Shown here: in pieces, positions 1 to 9,106 of the stretch
How positions within the stretch are numbered: position 1 is the first letter of the stretch
How the letters are laid out: every line of letters starts with the position of its first letter
Assembly (NCBI GenBank): GCA_030849405.1
Contig: CP116499.1
Coordinates: 1 to 32,000 of the forward strand
Source of the DNA: Candidatus Saccharimonadota bacterium
GTDB lineage: Bacteria; Pseudomonadota; Gammaproteobacteria; Enterobacterales; Enterobacteriaceae_A
Reading direction: 5' to 3'
DNA: 32,000 bases
Notes under the pieces: generated by a model
Told to the model about the DNA's origin: nothing
Databases searched by the model: none
What the model saw: the letters and a program-made list of their open reading frames with translations, nothing else
Program-made: the position numbers and the translations under genes

Positions 1-1653
1 ATGAATTATCAAGTTTTAGCAAATAAATGGAGACCTAAATTTTTTAAAGATATTATTGGTCAAGAGCATATTTTAATATCTTTAATAAATAGTTTTTTAT
101 TAAATAGAATACATCATGCTTATATTTTTTATGGTATCAGAGGTGTTGGAAAAACAACAATTGCTCGTTTATTATCTAAAAGTTTAAATTGTTTAAAATA
201 TATTTCATATAATCCATGTGGTTATTGTAATAATTGTAAACAAATAGATAATGGTGTTTTTGTTGATTTAATTGAAATAGATGCTGCTTCTAAAACAAAA
301 GTAGAAGATACTAGAGATATATTAGATAATATATATTATAAACCTATTCAAGGTCGTTTTAAAATTTATATTATAGATGAATTTCATATGCTTTCACATT
401 ATAGTTTTAATGCTTTATTAAAGACTTTAGAAGAACCTCCAGAACATGTTAAATTTTTATTAGCAACTACAAATATTAATAAAATACCTGAAACAATTTT
501 ATCTCGTTGTTTTAAATTTAATCTTAAAAAAATTAAAAAAAAACAAATTTATTATCAATTAAAAAAAATTTTAAAAATTGAAAAAATAGAATTTGATATA
601 AATTCATTAAAAAGTTTAGCTTATGCTGCAAATGGAAGTATGAGAGATGCATTAACATTAACTGAACAAGCTATTGTTATTGGTGAAGGAAAAATAAATA
701 TAAATATTGTAAATAAAATGTTAGGTTTTTTAAATAATGAATACCCTATATATATATTAGAATTAGTTGTAAATAATAATGTTAATAAAATTATGGATCA
801 GATTATAAAATTATCTTTAATTAATATAGATTGGGATAATTTATTAATAGAAATATTAACAATTTTACATAATTTATTAATTATGAATTTATTAAATAAA
901 AAAAAAATTTATAATAAATATATAAATATTAAGTATCGTTTATATAATTTATATAATATTTTACCACTTAAAATTATAAAATTATATTATAAAATTATTT
1001 TATTTGGTAGAAAAACATTAATTTATTCTCCAAATAAAAAAATTGGTGTTGAAATTATTTTACTTGAAATTTTATCAATTAATTTTAAAAAATCTGATTT
1101 TTTTTTATTAAATAATAAAAAAAAATTTTTTTATATTAAACATAATATTAAAAAAAAAAGTAAAAATAATTTATTTTTTTTTTTAAATTTTATATATATT
1201 AATAAAAAAAAAAAATTTTTAATTAATGTTAAATATTTTAATATTAAAAAAAAAATAATTGATATTATAAATTTTAATATTAAAACATTATTATTTAATA
1301 ATATTAATAATTTTTTTAATAATTTAAAGTATAAAAATATAAATATTGATATAAAAATAAAATATATTATATTAAAAATTAAAAAAAAAATAAAATTTAT
1401 AATTTTAAATTTTAATTATATTAATAATAAAAATTTTAAATATTATTTAAATAATATAAATATTAAAATTAAAAAAATATTTAAAAAAATAATAAAATTA
1501 TTTTTTATAAAATATAAAAATATTTATAATAATTATTTTAATTTAATTATTAAAAAAAATAAAAAATATAGATTAATAATAAATAAAATAAAAAAAAAAA
1601 AAAATATTAAAAAAATAAAACTTTTATTTAATATTAAATTTAATAATAGTTAA
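1..1653 (+). CDS. dnaX: DNA polymerase III subunit tau (DnaX). Domains I-III are conserved; the C-terminal ~185 aa is K/N/I low complexity.
   Basis: The ATG is at window position 1. The first ~360 aa are colinear with E. coli DnaX as I recall it: MNYQVLANKWRPKFF, Walker A GIRGVGKTT, zinc module CGYCNNC, DEFHML and LSRCFKF. The tail (about nt 1100-1653) is low complexity but free of stops. Confidence 0.93.
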   Translation: MNYQVLANKWRPKFFKDIIGQEHILISLINSFLLNRIHHAYIFYGIRGVGKTTIARLLSKSLNCLKYISYNPCGYCNNCKQIDNGVFVDLIEIDAASKTKVEDTRDILDNIYYKPIQGRFKIYIIDEFHMLSHYSFNALLKTLEEPPEHVKFLLATTNINKIPETILSRCFKFNLKKIKKKQIYYQLKKILKIEKIEFDINSLKSLAYAANGSMRDALTLTEQAIVIGEGKININIVNKMLGFLNNEYPIYILELVVNNNVNKIMDQIIKLSLINIDWDNLLIEILTILHNLLIMNLLNKKKIYNKYINIKYRLYNLYNILPLKIIKLYYKIILFGRKTLIYSPNKKIGVEIILLEILSINFKKSDFFLLNNKKKFFYIKHNIKKKSKNNLFFFLNFIYINKKKKFLINVKYFNIKKKIIDIINFNIKTLLFNNINNFFNNLKYKNINIDIKIKYIILKIKKKIKFIILNFNYINNKNFKYYLNNINIKIKKIFKKIIKLFFIKYKNIYNNYFNLIIKKNKKYRLIINKIKKKKNIKKIKLLFNIKFNNS

Positions 1654-1680
1654 AATATAATACTTAATAAAATTAAAGTA

Positions 1681-2355
1681 TTAATTTTTAATTAAATTAA
1701 GTTGATTACGAATTTGTTTTATTGTTAATTTATAATTATCACTTTTAAATATAGCAGTTCCTATTACAAAAATATTAGCACCCATTTTAGCAATTTTTAA
1801 AATATTATTTATATTAATACCACCATCTACTTCTAAATTAATATTATATCCACTATCATCAATAATTTTTTTTGCTCTTTTAATTTTATTTAAAATTTTA
1901 ATTATAAATTTTTGTCCTCCAAAACCTGGGTTAACTGACATTAATAATATTGTATCAATTTTATTAATAATATTTTTTAAACAATTTAATGATGTTTCTG
2001 GATTAATAGCTATACCTACTTTACAATTATTTTTTTTAATTAATTTTATAGTTTTATTTATATTATTTGTTGTTTCTGGATGAAAAGATATAATATTTGC
2101 TCCTGCTTTTATAAATTCAGGTATTATTCTATCTACTGGTTTAACCATTAAATGAACTTCTATATATGTTTTAATACCATAATTTCTAAGAGATTTACAT
2201 ATCATAGGACCAAATGTTAAATTTTTGACATAATGATTATCCATAACATCAAAATGTAACATATTTGCACCAGAATTTAAAACATTTGTTATATCTTTAC
2301 CTAATCTTGCAAAATCAGCAGATAATATAGATGGTGAAATTAAAAATTTTTTCAT
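1681..2355 (-). CDS. rpe: Ribulose-phosphate 3-epimerase
   Basis: Full-length 224-aa ORF with family motifs [29 protein letters not shown] and EVDGGI. A GGAG Shine-Dalgarno lies upstream of the ATG, and the stop is TAA. Confidence 0.93.
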   Translation of the reverse strand: MKKFLISPSILSADFARLGKDITNVLNSGANMLHFDVMDNHYVKNLTFGPMICKSLRNYGIKTYIEVHLMVKPVDRIIPEFIKAGANIISFHPETTNNINKTIKLIKKNNCKVGIAINPETSLNCLKNIINKIDTILLMSVNPGFGGQKFIIKILNKIKRAKKIIDDSGYNINLEVDGGININNILKIAKMGANIFVIGTAIFKSDNYKLTIKQIRNQLNLIKN

Positions 2356-2418
2356 TGTTTTTTCTCCATAATTAAATATTTATAATTTATTTATTTTAAA
2401 AAAAAATTTTAAAATTAA

Positions 2419-2895
2419 TTATATGTATTCTATTTTTAAAATTTTATATTTTATTTTACCTATTGGTGTTTTTATATATATAATAGTATTTTTTTTTTTT
2501 CCTATTAAATTACTAGCTATAGGTGAATATATTGAAATTAAATTTTTTTTAATATTTGATTCGTTATCACAAACTATACGATATTTAAATTTTTTTTTAA
2601 TATTTAAATTTATAATAGTTACTGTAGATCCAAATATAACTATACCTCTATTTTTAATTTTAGTAATATCTATAATTTTAGAATATATTAATTTAAATTC
2701 AAATTTTCTAATTTTTTTTTCAATTAAATTTTGTTGTTCACGAGCAGAATGATATTCAGAATTTTCTTTTAAATCACCATATTTTCTTGCTTTTATAATT
2801 TCATTTATTATTTTAGGTCTAATTTCATTTTTTAAATAATTTAATTCTTTTTTAATTTTTTTAAAACATTGTATTGTTATTAATTTTTTTTTCAT
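2419..2895 (-). CDS. greA: Transcription elongation factor GreA
   Basis: At 158 aa it matches the length of E. coli GreA. The conserved coiled-coil tip ARKYGDLKENSEYHSAREQQ and the C-terminal NLISIYSPIASNLIGKK and IKILKIEY are present. Confidence 0.92.
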   Translation of the reverse strand: MKKKLITIQCFKKIKKELNYLKNEIRPKIINEIIKARKYGDLKENSEYHSAREQQNLIEKKIRKFEFKLIYSKIIDITKIKNRGIVIFGSTVTIINLNIKKKFKYRIVCDNESNIKKNLISIYSPIASNLIGKKKNTIIYIKTPIGKIKYKILKIEYI

Positions 2896-3031
2896 ATTTA
2901 TTTTAAATTTAAATTAATTATATTTTTTTATATTTTAAATAATATTTTAAAATTATTAAATTTTAAAATTTTTAAATAATTTTAAATATAATTAAATTTA
3001 AATAAAATAATAATTTTAATAGGATTATATT

Positions 3032-3298
3032 ATGTATAACTTTTTATTAATATTTTTTATTATAATATCAATTATTATTAATATTTTTATTATATTACAA
3101 AATAATAAAGATAATATATATAATAAAGTTAAAAAAAAATATTCAAAAAATAATATTAATAAAATAATATTATTTTTAATAGCTTTATTTTTTTTTATTA
3201 ATTTATTAATTACAAATATTAACATTAAAAATTTTAAAAATCTAAAATTGTATAAAAATAAAGAAAATATAATTAATTCAAATAATATAACTAATTAA
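3032..3298 (+). CDS. secG: Preprotein translocase subunit SecG
   Basis: The 88-aa ORF has two hydrophobic helices. MYNFLLIFFIIISIIINIFIILQNNK resembles the E. coli SecG N-terminus (MYEALLVVFLIVAIGLVGLIMLQQGK), and ILFLIALFFFINLLITNIN resembles LLATLFFIISLVLGNIN. An AGGA SD sits 7 nt upstream. The position upstream of infB matches the secG...infB neighbourhood of enterics. Confidence 0.8.
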   Translation: MYNFLLIFFIIISIIINIFIILQNNKDNIYNKVKKKYSKNNINKIILFLIALFFFINLLITNINIKNFKNLKLYKNKENIINSNNITN

Positions 3299-3401
3299 TT
3301 TTTAAACAAATATTATAATATTTAAATTAAATTTTTAAATTAAACAATATATTTATAATATAAATTTAATATTTTAAAATTATTAATTTAATTAATTAAA
3401 T

Positions 3402-5201
3402 ATGATTATTATTAAAAAAAATAAAAAAAATATATATTATAATAATAAAAAAAATATTATTTTAAATAAAAATATATATATTAAATATTATAATAAATAT
3501 AAATTTAATGTTATTAAATATAAAAGTATTTCTTTATTAAAATTAATAAATATTATTAAAATAAAATATAATAAATTAATAGAAAAATTAATTAAATTTA
3601 AAGTTATAATAAATAAATATATTATTAAAAAAAAACAAATATATTTTATTTTAAAAAAATTTAATAATAAAATAATTTTATATAATAATATATTTAAAAA
3701 AAAAATTTGTAAAACAAATAAAATTAATAATAATAAATTTAAAAAAAAAATTCCAGTTGTTACAATAATGGGTCATGTAAATCATGGTAAAACAACTCTA
3801 TTAGATTATATTAGATCAACAAAATTAGCGTCACAAGAATCTGGTGGTATTACTCAACATATTGGTTTTTATAATATTAAAACTAAATACGGAATAATTA
3901 CATTTTTTGATACACCAGGACATAAAGTATTTACATCAATGCGAAAAAGAGGTGTTAAAAATACAGATATTGTGGTTTTAGTAATTGCTGTAAATGATGG
4001 TGTTATGCCTCAAACAATTGAAACAATAAAATATATTAAAAATTTAAATATTCCATTAATTATTACAATTAATAAAATAGATAAATGTAATTATAATACA
4101 AATATTATTAAAAATGAATTAGCAAAATATGAAATTATATCAGAAGATTGGGGTGGAGAAACACAATTTATAAATATTTCAGCTAAAACTGGAAAAGGTG
4201 TTAAAAATTTAATTAAAGCAATTTTATTACAATCTGAAATATTAGAATTAAAAGAAAAAAAAAAAAAAATATCTAAAGGTATTGTTATTGAATCATATTT
4301 TGATAAAGGAAATGGACCTATTGTTACTGTATTAATTAAACAAGGTATTTTAAATGTTGGAGATATAATTTTACATAACTTAAAATATAGTAAAATAAAA
4401 TATATGTATAACTCTTTTGGTAAAAAAATAAATTATGCTAAATCTTCTATACCTGTTGAAATAATAGGTATGACTAATATACCTAAAAATGGTGATGAAA
4501 TATATTTTTTAAAAAATAAAAAAAAAATTTTAAAAGATAAAACAAAATTAATTATTAAAAAAAAAAAAAAAAAAAAAAATACTTTAAATTTAAGTAATTA
4601 CAAAATATTAACAATAAATATTATATTAAAATCAGATACATTAGGTTCATGTGAAGTTATTAAAAAAGAATTATTAAAATTATCTAATTTAAAAATAAAA
4701 ATTAATATTATTAATTTCGGAATTGGTGATATTTCAGAAAGTAATTTAATCATGGCTTTAAATAATAAAGCAATTATAATATGTTTTAATATTAAAAAAA
4801 ATTATTTAATACATAAAATAAATTATTTAGAAAAAATTGATATTCGTTATTATTCAATTATATATGATTTAATTAATGATATTAAAAAAGAAATTAAATT
4901 ATTAATATCTAAAAACAAAATTAAAATAATTGGTTTAGCTAATATAATAAATATTTTTAAATCTGAAAAATTAGGTTTTATAGCTGGTTGTATAATAATA
5001 AAAGGTATAATAAAAAAAAATGATCAAATTAGAATTTTACGTAATAATAAAGTAATATATATAGGAAAAATAAAAACATTAAAACATTTTAAAGAAAATG
5101 TTAAAGAAGTAAATAATGGTATGAAATGTGGTATTTATATTAAAAATTTTGATAATTTTAAAATTAAAGATAAAATTGAAGCATTTAATTTAATTAATTA
5201 A
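3402..5201 (+). CDS. infB: Translation initiation factor IF-2, shortened to 599 aa; the N-terminal ~110 aa is low complexity.
   Basis: G-domain motifs are present: GHVNHGKTTLLD, DTPGH and NKID. Domains II through C2 are colinear with IF-2. The start codon is uncertain: there is no SD at 3402 and no other in-frame ATG before the G domain. Confidence 0.92.
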   Translation: MIIIKKNKKNIYYNNKKNIILNKNIYIKYYNKYKFNVIKYKSISLLKLINIIKIKYNKLIEKLIKFKVIINKYIIKKKQIYFILKKFNNKIILYNNIFKKKICKTNKINNNKFKKKIPVVTIMGHVNHGKTTLLDYIRSTKLASQESGGITQHIGFYNIKTKYGIITFFDTPGHKVFTSMRKRGVKNTDIVVLVIAVNDGVMPQTIETIKYIKNLNIPLIITINKIDKCNYNTNIIKNELAKYEIISEDWGGETQFINISAKTGKGVKNLIKAILLQSEILELKEKKKKISKGIVIESYFDKGNGPIVTVLIKQGILNVGDIILHNLKYSKIKYMYNSFGKKINYAKSSIPVEIIGMTNIPKNGDEIYFLKNKKKILKDKTKLIIKKKKKKKNTLNLSNYKILTINIILKSDTLGSCEVIKKELLKLSNLKIKINIINFGIGDISESNLIMALNNKAIIICFNIKKNYLIHKINYLEKIDIRYYSIIYDLINDIKKEIKLLISKNKIKIIGLANIINIFKSEKLGFIAGCIIIKGIIKKNDQIRILRNNKVIYIGKIKTLKHFKENVKEVNNGMKCGIYIKNFDNFKIKDKIEAFNLIN

Positions 5202-5214
5202 AAAGAGATTATTT

Positions 5215-5589
5215 ATGTCTAAAAAAAAAATACGTATTAAAAAAATAGAACAACAAATATATAAAATTGTTTCTATAATATTACAACAAAAAATTAAAAA
5301 ACCAAAAAAACTAATTTTTACTATAACAAATATTTTACTAACTAATAATTTAATGTATGCTAAAATTTATATTACTATATTAAATTGTATTATAAAAAGT
5401 AACATTAAATTTAAAGAAAAAAATTTAATTAAAAAATTACAAAATTATTCTAAATATATACGTTTTTTATTAGGTAAATTAATAAATTTAAAATTAATAC
5501 CAAAATTAATTTTTATTTATGACACATCTTTTAAAAATAATTTATATATATCAAATTTAATAAATAATAATTTTAAAAAAAAATATTAA
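5215..5589 (+). CDS. rbfA: Ribosome-binding factor A
   Basis: The 124-aa ORF lies directly downstream of infB, as in enterics. The N-terminus KKIEQQIYKIVSIILQQKIKKP resembles E. coli RbfA ([21 protein letters not shown]), and MYAKIYIT resembles AYAKVYVT. Confidence 0.85.
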   Translation: MSKKKIRIKKIEQQIYKIVSIILQQKIKKPKKLIFTITNILLTNNLMYAKIYITILNCIIKSNIKFKEKNLIKKLQNYSKYIRFLLGKLINLKLIPKLIFIYDTSFKNNLYISNLINNNFKKKY

Positions 5590-5653
5590 TAATTTTAAAA
5601 TTATTATTTATTTTAAATTTAATATTAATAAAATTTAATAAGTTTAAATATTT

Positions 5654-5857
5654 ATGAAAAAAAATAATAACTATATAGTAGAACAAATAAATATATTTAG
5701 TAAAAAAATTAAAAATTTAAAAACTCATTTTTTAATACATAAAAAAGATCAACATAGTCGTATAGGTTTGTTAAAAAAAATTATGCATCGTAAAAAATTA
5801 TTAAAATATTTTAAAAATAATAATTTTAAAAAATATTTAATATTTAAAAAAAAATAA
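5654..5857 (+). CDS. rpsO: 30S ribosomal protein S15, truncated form (67 aa versus 89 in E. coli)
   Basis: The core THFLIHKKDQHSRIGLLKKIMHRKKLLKYF matches the S15 signature [29 protein letters not shown]. An in-frame TAA at 5645-5647 prevents any N-terminal extension. Confidence 0.88.
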   Translation: MKKNNNYIVEQINIFSKKIKNLKTHFLIHKKDQHSRIGLLKKIMHRKKLLKYFKNNNFKKYLIFKKK

Positions 5858-5940
5858 ATATTTATTAATATTTTACAAACTATATATATTTAATAAAATT
5901 TTAAAAATTAAATAATATATTTTAATAAGGATAACATTAC

Positions 5941-8031
5941 TTGAATAAATTTCATGAATTAAAATTTGAATACGGTCAAAATAAAATTAAAATTAAAACA
6001 GGTTTAATTGCAAAACAAGCTAATTCTGCTGTTATTGTCGATATTGATGATACAGTTGTTTTAGTTACTGTAGTAAGTAATAAAATAGAAAATAAAGAAC
6101 AAAATTTTTTTCCACTTATAGTAAATTATCAAGAAAGATCATATGCTAATGGTAAAATACCAGGTAGTTTTTATAGACGTGAAGGTCGTCCTAATGAAAG
6201 AGAAATTATAATTTCAAGATTAATTGATAGATCTATTAGACCTTTATTTTCTAAAAATTTAAATTTAGAAATTCAAATAATTGCTACTGTTATTTCATTA
6301 AATCCTTTAATTAATCCAGATATTCCTTCAATAATCGGTGCTTCAGTTGCATTATCATTATCTGATATTCCATTTTCAAAACCAATTGGTGCAGCTCGTA
6401 TAGGTTACATTAACAATAAATATATATTAAATCCAAACATAAATGAATTAAAAAAAAGTGATTTAAATTTAATTGTTTCTAGTAATTATAAAGCAATTTT
6501 AATGGTTGAATCTGAATCAAATTTAATAAATGAAGATATAATATTAAATGCTATTATGTATGGATATAAAAAACAACAAATTGTTATTGATAATATTAAT
6601 AAATTTGTAAAACAAATTGGAAAAAAAAAAAAAAAATATCAAGATAATGAAATAAATTTTTTTTTAAAAAAAAAAATATTAAATTTATTACAACATGATT
6701 TACCTAAAATTTATAATATTAAAGAAAAACAAAAAAGAAAATTAAAATTTGATGAAATTAAAGAAAGTATTTTTAAAAAAATAATTATTGAAAATGAAAA
6801 ATTAAATATTCAAGAATTCGAAAATATTTATTTAAATATTTTAAAAAAATTAATACGTAATAAAATTATAAATACGGATCAAAGATTAGACGGACGTAAA
6901 TCAAATGAAATACGTGATTTAGATATTAAAATAAATATATTGCCTCGTATTCATGGATCAGCATTATTTACTAGAGGTGAAACTCAAACTTTAGTTACTG
7001 TTACTTTAGGAACTGAAAGAGATGCACAAAATTTAGATGAACTAATATGTGAAAAAATTAATTATTTTATATTTCATTATAATTTTCCACCATATTCTGT
7101 TGGAGAAATAGGTATATTATCATTACCTAAAAGAAGAGAAATAGGACATGGTTATTTAGCTAAAAAATCAATATTACCTATAATGCCAAAATTTAAAAGT
7201 TTCCCTTATACTATAAGAGTTGTATCAGAAATTACTGAATCTAATGGTTCATCATCTATGGCTTCAGTTTGTGGTGCTTCATTAGCACTTATGGATGCTG
7301 GTGTTCCAATTAAATATCCAATAGCTGGAATTGCAATGGGTTTAATTAAAAATGGAGAAAAATTTATTATTTTAACTGATATTATGGGTGAAGAAGATAA
7401 TTTAGGAGATATGGATTTTAAAATTTCAGGTAGTTATAATGGTATTACAGCTTTACAAATTGATATGAAAATTGAAGGTATTGATAAAAAAATTATTAAA
7501 GAAACTTTAAATAAATCAAAAATTGCTAGATTATATATTTTAAATAAAATGTCTAAAATTATAAATAATCCTAAAAATGAAATTTCTAAATTTGCTCCAA
7601 GAATAAATATTATAAAAATTAAACAAAATAAAATTAGAGATTTGATTGGAAAAGGAGGTTCTGTAATACGTTCTATTACTGAAAAAACTGGAACTATTAT
7701 TGAAATTGATAATGATGGTACAATTAAAATTTATTCTAATAATTTAGAGCAAATGAATTTTGCAACAAATAAAATTAATAAAATAACTGCTGAAATTGAA
7801 GTAGGTAATATTTATAAAGGAAAAGTAACTAAAATTGTTGATTTTGGTGCTTTTTTATCAATTAATGGTTATAAAGAAGGATTAGTTCATATTTCTCAAA
7901 TTACTAATAAACATGTAAATAAAGTATCAGATTATTTAAAAATAAATCAAGAAATTTTAGTAAAAGTAATTGAAATAGATAATCAAGGTAAAATTAAATT
8001 AAGTATAAAAGATGCATTAATTAAAAAATAA
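5941..8031 (+). CDS. pnp: Polynucleotide phosphorylase
   Basis: The 696-aa ORF carries two RNase PH domains, a KH domain (GKGGSVIRSITEKTG) and an S1 domain (GKVTKIVDFGAFL). It has a TTG start, as pnp does in E. coli, with an AAGGA SD at 5927-5931. The rpsO-pnp order is conserved. Confidence 0.95.
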   Translation: MNKFHELKFEYGQNKIKIKTGLIAKQANSAVIVDIDDTVVLVTVVSNKIENKEQNFFPLIVNYQERSYANGKIPGSFYRREGRPNEREIIISRLIDRSIRPLFSKNLNLEIQIIATVISLNPLINPDIPSIIGASVALSLSDIPFSKPIGAARIGYINNKYILNPNINELKKSDLNLIVSSNYKAILMVESESNLINEDIILNAIMYGYKKQQIVIDNINKFVKQIGKKKKKYQDNEINFFLKKKILNLLQHDLPKIYNIKEKQKRKLKFDEIKESIFKKIIIENEKLNIQEFENIYLNILKKLIRNKIINTDQRLDGRKSNEIRDLDIKINILPRIHGSALFTRGETQTLVTVTLGTERDAQNLDELICEKINYFIFHYNFPPYSVGEIGILSLPKRREIGHGYLAKKSILPIMPKFKSFPYTIRVVSEITESNGSSSMASVCGASLALMDAGVPIKYPIAGIAMGLIKNGEKFIILTDIMGEEDNLGDMDFKISGSYNGITALQIDMKIEGIDKKIIKETLNKSKIARLYILNKMSKIINNPKNEISKFAPRINIIKIKQNKIRDLIGKGGSVIRSITEKTGTIIEIDNDGTIKIYSNNLEQMNFATNKINKITAEIEVGNIYKGKVTKIVDFGAFLSINGYKEGLVHISQITNKHVNKVSDYLKINQEILVKVIEIDNQGKIKLSIKDALIKK

Positions 8032-8047
8032 AACAATAATATTTATT

Positions 8048-9088
<1,041 letters not shown>

Positions 9089-9106
9089 TTATTAATTAAA
9101 TTATAT

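Noticed and set aside
1100-1653. The DnaX tail as a separate gene, a pseudogene remnant or a non-coding spacer
   Set aside because: It is continuous in frame with the conserved N-terminal part, has no internal start with an SD, and its stop-free length is far beyond chance. It is best read as a degenerate tau C-terminus.
2423-2752. 109-aa ORF on the plus strand
   Set aside because: It lies entirely antisense to the well-supported greA gene. The product is an I/F/L-rich low-complexity string with no SD. This is the typical antisense artefact, since AAA/AAT/ATT-rich coding DNA reads as a stop-poor frame on the other strand.
3025-3225. 66-aa ORF on the minus strand
   Set aside because: It is antisense to secG, which has homology, an SD and synteny support. 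The ORF has no recognisable similarity and no SD.
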